The position numbers and the translations under genes were made by a program. A stretch of DNA of 63,200 bases, filler included, from Choristocarpus tenellus KU-1152 (Eukaryota > Protista > Phaeophyceae): assembly GCA_964200185.2 (NCBI GenBank). It is 9 parts of 9 records of this genome, joined end to end, with 100 filler letters (N's around TTAATTAATTAA, not from the genome) between each part and the next. Parts side by side here need not be neighbours in the genome. Positions count along the whole stretch, not along the records: positions 35,113 to 38,612 come from CAXNAD020019613.1; positions 38,713 to 49,491 come from CAXNAD020002714.1; 7 more parts are not named here. One strand, 5' to 3'. Each line of letters opens with the position of its first letter. Within the stretch, counting starts at the first letter, position 1. This document shows, piece after piece, positions 35,113-46,493 of the stretch. The notes beneath the pieces were generated by a model, which saw only the letters and a program-made list of their open reading frames with translations, did no database searches and was not told where the DNA came from.

Positions 35113-37134
35113 CAGATACTTTGAGACCCCCAACTCCCCCCCCGGGGCGCAGGAGTAGGTAGATAGGAAGCACAGGAAGACAGTAGTACAATATTGATAG
35201 TGGTGAAGTAACTGATAGATTAGTGGTGGTTTTCACATTTATGATATTTTATTTCCTTAGGACTTTGATATATTTGTACTTCTTGACTATTTATTTATTG
35301 TTTAGTTATAATCATACCCCCACATGGTATATAGGTGTCAGTTCCTTTTTTTAATACGATGATGTTCATGATAACCCAAGTGAGAGATTCAGCATACTTG
35401 ACTTGTGTATCAGGAGTCCTATATGTGCATCAGTATCACCTATAGACCTGTAGATTAGAGCTATACATCCTGTGGAGGTAAGCTTCTGGAGCGTGCTGTA
35501 ACACATTAAGGAATTATTTTACTAGAGTAGACAGGGGAAAGGTCCACACTAACTAGTTGATGGTACTGAACTGTATCTAGGATTCACAGAGGGAGAAGCT
35601 TATATTTCAACAAACAACGGAAGTGACAGTCGTTACAAACAGTGATCATATATCGTCGTGTGATGCACGGTATAATGAGTGGGATAGTGTTGGTCTGAGG
35701 TCCTAACTCCACCTGAAGCCAAGATATGTTCCGTTTAAGCCCAATTTTGAAAAACTCTTCAGTCGCATAAAGTAGACTTGAGGTATTCAAACCGCCGTAA
35801 AATCTGCTAGAGATCGATTCTTCCCAATGAAATATATGTGGAATGGAAGCTGACGTCCTAACGCATCGATTAAGATGTAGTGGGAGTATTTTGTTCTTGG
35901 GGGTATTTTGTTACTTTTATATTTGCACTTATTGTTCAACCTGTTGATGATGCGAAACCTATGCCATTTGAATGCTGATATACACAGCACTCACAGAATA
36001 TGTTTTTTGGTAACTCAATTCGGTTTTGTGGGCAGTGCATGGTATTTGAATTTAATAATGCTTCGACTTCTCTGAGTGTATTGGGAGTACTTCGAGTGTT
36101 GCTGGGTCGTCTTTTTATATTCATTAATCTATTACAGGCTGAGATTAATCAGCTTCGACGTTCTCATTGTTGTCATCTTCCACCGTGTGAATTCCACTTG
36201 TAATCCTCCTGTAAGTCTCCTCATCTACTCCCCCCTCTATAGCATCCGTTGGTGCACTAACTTGTACTTATCTTTCAGCTCGTCCAAAACATTCGTCTGG
36301 TTGAATCTGTCTCCCTCCAGTATCTTATCGTCCGTTTTGGTGTATTTTGCGATGTCCCTCTGGGCATAGGCAACCAGGTTACCCCAGCCCGCTGGTTTTC
36401 ATCCACCCTCAATTCGATCACAGTTAGGGTCACTGTACAACCCCAGCCTTATCTGATCTCTCACTTTGGCAATCAACCTACCCTTCGCAACTTCCTCCCT
36501 AAGGGTCCACCAGTATTAATCCAGGAACCTGTGCACATGTGCTTTTTCTCTCCTCTACCAAAGGTGAGATCTGGATTTAACCCCTTCTCCATACGTAGCC
36601 CAAACGCTTCAGGATGGTACCCACAACCCCTCAATGACAGTTCCACCCCAACCTTTGTCTTCACCCAGGTCACCAAATCCTGACAGAAAGCCATATTTCC
36701 CAATGAGTGCTGTACAAAGACAAGGAGTTCGCTCTTGTCGAGGTGTGATTTAAGGACTTTGCATCTCTTATTAGAGTCCACTTGAACAGTCCCCCTCCCA
36801 GTTCTAGTGGTGCAAAATATATCCCGTTTCTCCTTCCAACTTTTCACAATGTGATAACATTGTTGTATCGTAACTCCCGCTCTAGGCAGGCATTGTCAAC
36901 CTCCCCAGTTTGTCCCTTATGGTAGAAGACGACGAACTGGTAGTACAAGATCAGAAGCACACATGCCTGCCCCTTGGAAAGCACCTCTCCACCGACCAAC
37001 TTGAGTTTCTCCATTTGCTTTTTGGCATCAGCTTCCCTAGCCTCTTGTTCATTCCATATGGCGACATTCAAGTTTCGCTTCCTTGTTACTGCAGCTGTAT
37101 AGACCCTTGCTTCATCTTTGGTTGACCCCTACTC

Positions 37135-38372
37135 TGTTGAGTAGCTTCGCGCAGGAAAGGCATTTCGCCAGAAGCTGCTGGTGGGTTACACGGTGAATAT
37201 ACACTCTTTATTAATTATCCTATGTCTTTTGTCTTAGCCATCCAATATCACTGTCGTGTGCCCAAAGACTGACTCATCCTACCGTTATGTACGTTACTAC
37301 TCCATATTGTACCGAACTAAAGATAAACTTACATGAAACTGTGTTATATACTTGTATCAACAGATACAACGTAAGTGTAACACTAGTTATTCACTATCCT
37401 CCCCTTGCTGAAAATAGGCATAAACTCTCTACCAGTAACACGAAAAAAACACATGTTATCCCGCTACATGTTCATCAAAAACTTCACTTGTTGCCTAAAA
37501 ATTCTTACTGGCAAGTTATTGGTTAGGACATATGCCCTCTGGTTTGCAGTACCAACAACAAGACGAGTCTCTCTTTTTCTAGCTAAGTCCCTCAGAAAAT
37601 GGTGCTGGACATCAATGTGCTTTGTTCTAGTAAGGCTTGTGGCATTTCGTGCTAGTTTTCATACACCATCGTTAACCTCAAACATGTCAATGCAACGTCT
37701 AGGGAACTGCGGCTGAATAAACTCCTAAACACTTCGTAGGAAAAGCAATTCCTGTGCCACACTGCTAAGGGCTATATTCCCACTCTCCGTTGAGGACAGA
37801 GCTATAAACTTTTAGACCTTGGGACATCCAAGATATTGCTCCTCCTGCAAACATTGTGACTCCTCCAGTCACTGACCTAAGATCATTACAATCTCCAGCA
37901 TAGCTAGCATCAGCATATGCACTAGTCTCACATTGAGTATCAAAACCATCAAAAATCAATCCAACACTTGGACACATATTCAAATATGCGAAAATACACT
38001 TAACATCACGCCAATGTGCAACTTTGGGACTGCTACTGTACTTGGTAACCTTACAAACTGCATTGGCAATATCTAGCCTGGTCAAGACAGCTGTCAACAT
38101 CAAACTACAAACTGCCTCTCTGTACGGGATATTATCAAGTTTGGATGATCCTCATTCTTGTCTAAAGTCCTTGAGAGATCGTGGGGTACCGCCCTTTTGT
38201 TTGCCCCGTCCATAATAAATCTTTGACAAATGCTCCTAATGTACTTAGTCGGACTATGTTAACAGTCTTTGCAATTCTGTCATGTGAAATCTCATAACCC
38301 ATGTAGTGCTCAAGATCACCAAAATCTTCAATAGAAAACTGCTCCTTGATCCTGGAGCGAACCTGAATCAAA
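37135..38372 (-). mobile_element. Copia 3' fragment (RT end, RNase H, PPT, degenerate LTR ~37395-37135)
   Basis: AYADASYAGDCNDLRSVTG...AISWMS and DFGDLEHYMG; homologous to the other two Copia copies. Confidence 0.9.
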
Positions 38373-38418
38373 CATCAGGTATTCAAGCCACCATAAGATC
38401 GGCAACGTGAGGGGCTAT

Positions 38419-38592
38419 GACCCAAAGTTTCTAAGGGAGGGGGGGAGTCTACACCAGGGTGTCCATTTTGGCCAAAATCAGGAAAAGCGATATTATCCAT
38501 CCGATGTATGCAACCAAATCACCCAAAAAACGCGATATGAAAAAATTGACCTCAAATGGACAGCCGCCACCCCCCCAGATAATTCTCAAGCC
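38419..38592. mobile_element. MITE family B (~175 bp), TSD TAT
   Basis: Homologous to 40104-40278; flanked by TAT. Confidence 0.8.
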
Positions 38593-38612
38593 TATCACAG
38601 CACAAACAACAC

Positions 38613-38712
38613 NNNNNNNNNNNNNNNNNNNNNNNNNNNNNNNNNNNNNNNNNNNNTTAATTAATTAANNNNNNNNNNNNNNNNNNNNNNNNNNNNNNNN
38701 NNNNNNNNNNNN
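38613..38712. other. Artificial contig linker
   Basis: N44-TTAATTAATTAA-N44. Confidence 0.98.
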
Positions 38713-38779
38713 CCCCAACTGGACAGCCGACACCCCCTCCCAGATACTTTGAGCCACTATCATAGTTATATATGTTAAG

Positions 38780-39660
38780 AGATGGAGGACAAGCAAGTTG
38801 CTTGAGTCTTCAACTCTTGGTCCCTCTCTTCCCGCTTAGGCTATTTGGCAAGGGTCACTCCCCCCCAACCGGCTCACTCCACCATGGAACAAGCAGATAG
38901 CATCTCACTATGGATGATAGAGAAGATAATGGAGATAGCAGACTCAGCAGGAGCCACTGACTTCTTTCAAGAGATGTGTGGACATGTCTCTCTCCCCCTG
39001 GAGACATACCAACAAGTACAGGCACAGATGCCCACAAGGTCGGGGGGGTTGGGCCTATCCTCTATTAAGCATCGCCAGCATGCAGCCTTCATAGGATCAC
39101 TGGGAGCTACTTTCCACACCCTTTTAGAAAGCGCACCCACTACGAGGGTTCTTTTGGCCCCTGTAGTTTTTACCTCAGCAACTTCGGGGTGGAAAGTCTT
39201 GGGTGGCTCGGTAAGCAAGCAGAACGTTTTCTGAATGAGTTGGCAATGCACGCGCTAGGGGTGAGAGGGACGGGAGGCTACAGCAGGAAAGGGGCTGTCA
39301 AATCCCGTTTACAACGGATAGTGTCCGTCACAACACAACTGGCTTTATCAAGATGTATTATGCATCTTAAGCTGGAGAAAACAGGGAGATGGGCAAGGAG
39401 GGATTTGTTGTCAGATTCTTGGGATGCTTCCCTAGCTCCTCGCCCTGGGGTCAAAGGCTAAGTTAGGTTGGAAGAACAGGAGGGCAGTGGTGTAGCATAG
39501 ATGTTAATAAAATGGTAACTAGAAAATTGTCTTTCACATTTTACGACAACTCTTACTTTTTTAGGGTTTATTCTGACATGTGAATAGTTCTCATTGTTTT
39601 TTCCCCTGACATGTGTGGAAAATGTCAGAGGGCATAGTATTAAAATAATATATGTTACTA
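38780..39660 (+). mobile_element. CRE-like non-LTR retrotransposon, internally deleted 3' part
   Basis: QAQMPTRSGGLGLSS...HAAFIGS (post-RT thumb-like motif) is joined to ESLGWLGKQAERFLNELA...SRLQRIVSVTTQ (C-terminus typical of RLE-type LINEs). The 3' end AAATGTCAGAGGGCATA is shared with the 42373-42836 copy. Confidence 0.75.
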
Positions 39661-40103
39661 TATGGCAGCCATCTTCCAACTAAGGTATACCTTTAATGTA
39701 ACCTTTCTTGAGAAGATGCAATTCAATTTTCCACTGATGATAGCATTACACATACATACTGTACGTACTACTTCTCATCAAGTGCAATGCAAAGAGGACA
39801 GGTCAAGGTCTATTGCCTCATATGTCATTTTACTCTTGTTGAATTAAACATTTGCTTGTTGAAGTAAGTATCAGGTGTTTGAGTGAACCTTACAACACTC
39901 CCTCATTCACTTTTGGCAGTTCACTCCTCCCTTAGTGACCTTCCGAAGTACTACTCACCCTCACGCCTTGTCTCTTTCCATTCCCTTCCACTTGTGGGTC
40001 TTTCCTCTCCCCTTCAGTCCGAAGAACCTGCCTGCCTGTTTCCATCTGTTTCACAATTATACCCTATCATATTTTGCAGGTTTTTGTGAGGGAAAAAACA
40101 TAT

Positions 40104-40278
40104 GACCCAAAGTATCTGGAGGGGGGGGAGTCTACATTAGGGTGTCCATTTGGGTCAAAATATGGAAAATTGTATTTACATTATCCATCCGACGTGTGCA
40201 ACCAAACCACCCAAATATCGCGACATGAAAAAATTGACCCCAAATGGCAGCCACCCCCTCCCCCAGATACTTCGAGCC
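40104..40278. mobile_element. MITE family B, TSD TAT
   Basis: TIR GACCCAAAGTATCTGGAGGGGG...CCCCTCCCCAGATACTTCGAGCC; TAT on both sides. Confidence 0.88.
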
Positions 40279-40599
40279 TATCTATATGACAAAGACTACT
40301 CTCGATATAATAGTTGTCAATGCCAAGACACCTCTATAAAAAAAATCACTATTTGCAAACTAACCATACAACAATGTCCCCTCTAAATGTTGTTTACAAC
40401 AAGGTAATGTGTACACTGCTATGCCCATAATCTAGCTTAATCCCTACGAAAGAGAGCGAGAATCTAGAGGGAAGCATTCCAAGAATCTGTAAGGCCCCTT
40501 CTTGCCCACCGGCCTGGTGTCTATAGCTTGAAATGCACGAGAGAACCATAGGTGCAGTAACGACACTATCTGTCTCAATCGGGACTTCACAGTCCCTTT

Positions 40600-41560
40600 C
40601 CTCCAATAAATTCAACCTTTCCCCCCTACTGCCTGGGCGGCCAACTCATCCAGAAAACACTCAGCCTGCTTGCTGAGTCGCCTTAAGCTTTCCACAGGGA
40701 AGGTGTCGAGATTGGAACTTTCAAGAGTTAAAAAATCCCTCGTAGTTGGAACACTTTCACTGCTCGTCTGAAACACTGGTACAACATTGCTGGTGGATAA
40801 ATGTTGTAGGTGGCAGTCTGTTTGTACAATAACCATATCCAGAAGGGCGTCTTTTCTGGGAAGGGACCTCATCCTGGATCTGAAGGTGCCCCAGCATGGA
40901 ACACTACATCCATGCGGAAGTTCCAGTTCGCTGCAAACGGCCTGCCATCCTTCATAGTGCAAGGGAAGCACATTACCCTGTAGAGTTGACCTAGGCGTTT
41001 CACGGTAACCACTTGCCTTCCCCACCCCAGGGCAGGTGCGGGTATGTCGGTGTCAACATTGTGCCTCTTGGACATGCCACCGTACACCTGTTGGATAGGG
41101 CCTCCTTCCTCTACAGGAGGAATCTGGCATGCCAGTTCTAAGATTTGTGTTGAAGTCCATGCACGGACTCCTTGCCCACGCTGGCTCTGGTGGGAGGCTA
41201 GCACTAGAGAGTGAAAGTATTTTAGATGGTACGAGTTTTTCCCTGATTGTCCATTTGGGGCTTGGCTTCCCATAGGTTTTTAATGACATTTTACCTAAAC
41301 CAAAATGTTTCGGAGTAGGTAAAATGTATACGTTATGAAAAGGTGTGTCCGGAGCAAGGATATTGACATCTCCTAACAAAAACGATAGCCAAAATTACAT
41401 CAAAATCGCAACATTAGATTTCGGCCCCCAAATGGACATAGCTCTACCCTCTAAGATACTTTAACTCTAGACAAACGCTTTCCCTCCCTCACTCCTCTGC
41501 ATCATCGAGTCAAATCAGATCCTGGTCAGAAGGAGGGTGATTTTATGCTGTGCTCTCCTC
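40600..41560 (-). mobile_element. CRE-like LINE fragment interrupted by a family A MITE
   Basis: FPVESLRRLSKQAECFLDELAAQAVGGKG matches the other copies; homology to 31780-32070 on both sides of the MITE. Confidence 0.7.
41209..41467. mobile_element. MITE family A, TSD TAGA
   Basis: TAGA at 41205-41208 and 41468-41471. Confidence 0.92.
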
Positions 41561-41891
41561 GTGATACTTACTCCAATGTCGGTCTTGGCTACCCTCCTTG
41601 AGTCAATCAATTGTGAGGTAGGTAGGCTTTCGACCCTTTTGCATTCCAAACCATATTTCTTACGCTCTGTAATAATACACTCTATTTCATTGCTTTATGT
41701 GCACAATAGTGCACGCAAATTTGTATTCCCCTTTCGCACAAATAATGGAGTAATATACATCAATCTAGCAAAGGATCTTCCTGCATAAATTTGTACAAAA
41801 TGGAACCTTTTCGGCATTTTGCGCATCCTTAAAATCATTTCACCCCTCCCTCGTCTTGTGGGAAAATAATATTATGGATACCCCCATGTAC

Positions 41892-42154
41892 CTTGGCTAC
41901 ACACGGCAGGTGTCCTGATAGGACCTCAGCGAGGACCTTAACGAAGTTGAGGGCACAAGCTGTTGAAGGCATTTCCAGAGTTCTGGACTGAGCTAGGAGA
42001 ACACTCCCCCCCGTGCAGATACTTCTACGATGTTGACTGAGTGTTGCAGTGCATTCCTGGCCGGATTTGGGACCAGACCTCTTACAAACACGAGTAACCA
42101 GACCGCAATTCCTCTCAGACTTTCTTGCACAACTGTCCACTCCAACATAGATTC
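41892..42154 (-). CDS. Candidate internal exon of an unknown gene
   Basis: Strong tttttatttccag acceptor, AAG|GTACAT donor and an open frame (IYVGVDSCARK...HLPCVAK). No family recognised. Confidence 0.4.
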
Positions 42155-42197
42155 CTGGAAATAAAAATATGAGAGTGGAGTGTGTGCGTGGTCAGTG

Positions 42198-45100
42198 CGT
42201 CGAATAACCTAGTGTTATCCTTACGCCATCTGTGCTGATACAAGTATGTAATATAGGTTTTATGTCCGTTGATCTTTAGTTCAGTACAATACAAAGTAGT
42301 GACGTGCACAGCAGTACGTTATGGTGGGCCAATGGGACATTACAAGTGGTATAGTGGGACAATAGCAGTAATCAAACGGAATGCTTCCTGGATGAGCTGG
42401 CTACTCACATGATGGGGGGGAGAGGAACTGGAGGATTTAGTAGAAAAGGAGTAGTCAAATCCCGGCTACGCCAAATTGTCTCGGTGACTACGCAAGTGGC
42501 ACTGTCTAGACGTGTCATGCGTTTTAAGCTAGAGTCACCAGGGAGATGGGCACGGAGGGGTTTATTGGATTCTTGGGAGGCCTCCCTAGCTCCTCCCCTT
42601 GGGTCGCAGGAGTGTAGGTAGATTGGAAGCACAGAAGGCAGTAAGTAGTACATACAATATTGATAGTGAAGTAGCAAATACAGTGTTTTTTCACATTTAC
42701 AGTGTTCTATAGTATTTTTTTTAACATTTGTAATATTTTATTTCCTTAGGGCTTATACTGACTTATACATAGTTTTCATTTGTTTCCCCTTCAACACATC
42801 TGCAAAATGTCGGAGGGCATAATAATATAATTTTACTAGCTGTAATATAGTGATATTGGACACCAAGTGGACAATAAATAATTCAATGTTTGTTTTACCA
42901 TATAGCACAACTACTAGCTTTCGGCTACGAGCCTTTCATGCGCCAAGTTTCTCAACACGCTTAAGCACCCTAATCCAAACTATATCATCATCCAAACAAT
43001 CTAACATTGCGATTTCAAGCACCTGCTCAGACATCACACGCCCCATGATCGCCATCTGGCCAACCCAGTCCAACATCTTCGTGAAAGTGATTTGGGGATC
43101 TGAACCCCGTGGCATCTTGACTGTCATCACCTTCTTCTGGAGTCTCGCGGATAAATGTAACAAGTGCAGATTGGTCCAACATGCAGGTCACTGCACATTC
43201 AGAGGAATGTGCTACAGCTGCGGGAGCAGAGGCTACCAGCAAGCTGTTTACCCTCAGAGGAGGGCGGAACCAACGAGAATGGTGGAAAGGTTTAGTTGCC
43301 AGAGGGCGACTCCGTCAAAGTCGGCGGACGAACTAGCTAGATCAGAGGAGTCGGCTCGGACTGGAAGGAAGTTCAAGACCATGTGTTAGCCGCTGTAACC
43401 AACAGTGGCAAGGTGAGCCGATGTAATTCAGAAAAATGGTGTTTTGATTCTGGGGCTTCCAACAGTGTGACTGGAGACCCAACGTATCTATATGACTTCA
43501 CCCCATGTCCACAAGGCCGTAGCACGACTGTGGCTGACGGCACACCTATATCCATTGTAGGATATGGCAAACTTGATTTAAACTTCATTGTAGGCCTTGA
43601 TGAGTGGGTGCACGTTACCTTGGGGTCTGTTGCATTAGTCCCAGATCTAGCATTCAATTTACTCTCTTCACACTCGGCTGGTATGGAAAAATATGTAGTA
43701 ATCAAAGGAACTGGTATGGAGTACTCCATATCTGATGGAGAAGGTCTCCCACTCGTATTTAAGTGGGATGGATCCGTGTATTCAGCAAATGCAGAAAGGT
43801 TACCACCCTCAGGAGATGCACCTTTCGTCGCAACTATCTTGTCTGCCCCCATGCACATCAACGCTTTTCATCGGATTTTGAACCATGCAGCACACCCTCC
43901 GTCGCACAGTCAAAGAACAAGAAATCAAGCTGTCCGGAAATCTAGCGTCAACAAAATGTGTAGGGTGTGCTAGGGGTACTCGAATCAGTGAACCCATCCC
44001 AAAATCTACCAGTGTACGAGCTAAAGGACCTTTCACTCGAATCTTCATCGACCTTGCTGGACCCAAGAAAGTTCGATCTCTCAGTGGAGCCCAGTACGAC
44101 GCCTTGGTCATTGTTGATGATGCGACACGTTTTATTTGGATTTACCAACTCCAGAATAAAAACAATGCGGTCAAAGCCCTTGGACGATGGATCAAGACCG
44201 AAGTAATTCCCAGTGGGCGATGCATTCGTTATATTCGACATTACCCTGGGAGTGAGTGGGCAGAGTGAAAAATTTCAGACTTTGATAATGGAAATGGGTG
44301 CAGTGCAGGAAATGACCAGAACAGGAGAACCACAGTACAATGGCGTGACTGAACGTCGCATCGCCCAAGTTGGTGGGGTGGGGCATGACTCAGCATTTAC
44401 TCTGCAGGGATGGGCGATAAAATGTGGTTGTGGTGAGAGGCATATAATCACTCTGCATTCATCCTCAACAGAAGTTCAACTGCTGCCAACGAGGGGATCT
44501 CACCTTATTATGCACTTTATGGGGAAGTTGGATCACTGATGAGTATCCCGGCTTTTGATAGTCCTGGATATTACAAGTCCAGCCAAGGACGCAAACTTGG
44601 GAGCCGTGGACAACAGTGCATCATGCTTGGGATGTCAGACTACCAACCTCAAGGCACTTTTCGGATCCTGAACCTCAGCTCTAACCGTGTCATTCAATGA
44701 GCCAATGTCCATTGGCACTCCACCAAGGAGGGCAGGGTACGATTCCCGATTTCCGATTTCGATCGGGATGATATGGACTTGGATGACGCCCCAGGGTATA
44801 TACTCCCTCCTCATGCACACGCAGAAGGACTGAAATCCAAGAGATGGGGGGTGAATGTGCCAATGACGAAGCAAATGAAGGTATCTCCTGAATTGAAGGA
44901 GGACTAGATGGCGGTGATGCATCTGAAGTTACATGGACTGATAAGTGACCATCTTGATGGTGATTATGGTGATAGTGGTGATGCAACAGATGAGACAAAC
45001 AACATTGATGATGGGGTGGACGAGGCTAAGGACAGCCGATGTGAACGGGAATTATGATGACTCAGCATTGGAAATGGTGAAGACAACATCCTTCCCCACC

Positions 45101-46493
45101 ACACCAGATCAGGCAATCATCCTACTTCCGCCAAAGCTGCTGTTTTGAACGTGTCCAATTTTTTATGACTAGATATTTTGACTTGATTTGGGTTCGCTCT
45201 AGGATTAAGGAGCAGTTTTTCGTTGAAGATTTTGGAATCTTGAGTATTTTATGGGTTGTGAGATTTCATGGGACGGAATTGCTCAAACTGTCACTATCAG
45301 TCAGACTAGGTACATTAAGAATATTTGTCAAATACTTGGTATGGATGGGGCAAAGAGGAGGGCTGTATGCCCCATGATCTCTCAAGATCTTTAGACAAGA
45401 GTAGTGAAGATCACCCAAAAGTATTGACGAAAGTACACCGTACAGAGAGGCGTTGGTAGTCTGATGTGGGCATCTGTTAGGACTAGACTTGACATTGCAA
45501 ATGCAGTTTGTGAAGTTGCCAAGTAGAGTAGCAATCCCAAAGTCACACACTGGCGTGCAGTGAAGTGTACTTTAGCATATTTGAATACGTATCCCAATGT
45601 TGGTTCGAGTTTTGGTGGTTTTAATACTGAGTGTGAGTTGAGTGCATATGCTGATGCTAGTTACGCTGGAGACTGTAATGATCGTAGATCAGTGACTAAA
45701 GGAGCAATAATGTTTGCAGGAGGAACAATATCTTGGACGTCAAAGGTACAAGGATTTATAGCTCTGTCTTCCACGGAGAGTGAATACATAGCTCTTAGCA
45801 GTGTGGCACAGGAATTACTTTTCTTGAGAAGGGTTTTTGAGTTTATTCAGCTACAGTTTCCTAGGCGTTGCATTGGCTTATTTGAGAATAACGATGGTGC
45901 ATACAAGCTAGTACGAAATGCCACAAGCTCCACTAGAACAAAGCACATTGATGTCCAACATCATTTTCTGAGGGACTTGTCTAGAAAAGGAGAGATTCGT
46001 GTTGTTTTTGTTGGTACCGCAAATCAGAGGGCAGATGTATTCACGAAGAATTTTCCAGTTGGAGTTTTTTAGACAGCATGTGAAGTTTTTGATGGACATA
46101 TAAGGATGACATGTGTGCTGTAATTTTTTTTTGTTTTTTTGGTAATGATTGATTGATTGAGAGTTAATACTTGTTTTCAGCAAGGGGAGGATGTCGAATA
46201 ATCTAGAGTTATCCTTACATTATCTGTGCTGATGCAAGTATATAACATAGGTTTTATGTATGTTGATCTTTAGTTCGGTGCAATACAAAGTAGTGACGTG
46301 CACACAGTGGTACGTTGTGGTGGGCTAATGGGACATTACAATTGATATAGTGGGACAATAGCTGTAATATAGTGATATTGGACACCAAGTGGACAATACC
46401 CTGTGGACAATAAATAATCCAATGTTTGTTTTACTATACAGCACAGGTACTAGCTTTCGGCAACGAGCCTTACATGCACCAAGTTTCTCAACA
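42198..46493 (+). mobile_element. Copia element with both LTRs and 5-bp TSD CAGTG; decayed and rearranged
   Basis: CAGTG at 42193-42197 and 46494-46498. 5' LTR 42198-42957 (split by a LINE insertion); 3' LTR 46192-46493 after PPT AAGGGGAGGA. Zn-knuckle relic CYSCGSRG, protease WCFDSGAS, integrase IFIDLAGP...IVDDATRFIW, RNase H YADASYAG...SSTESEY...RTKHIDV, in Copia PR-IN-RT-RH order. Confidence 0.96.
42373..42836 (+). mobile_element. 5'-truncated CRE-like LINE inserted in the Copia 5' LTR, 10-bp TSD
   Basis: TAGCAGTAAT (42363-42372) and TAGCTGTAAT (42837-42846); the 3' LTR has this motif only once. Encodes QTECFLDELA...SRLRQIVSVTTQVALSRR. Confidence 0.88.
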
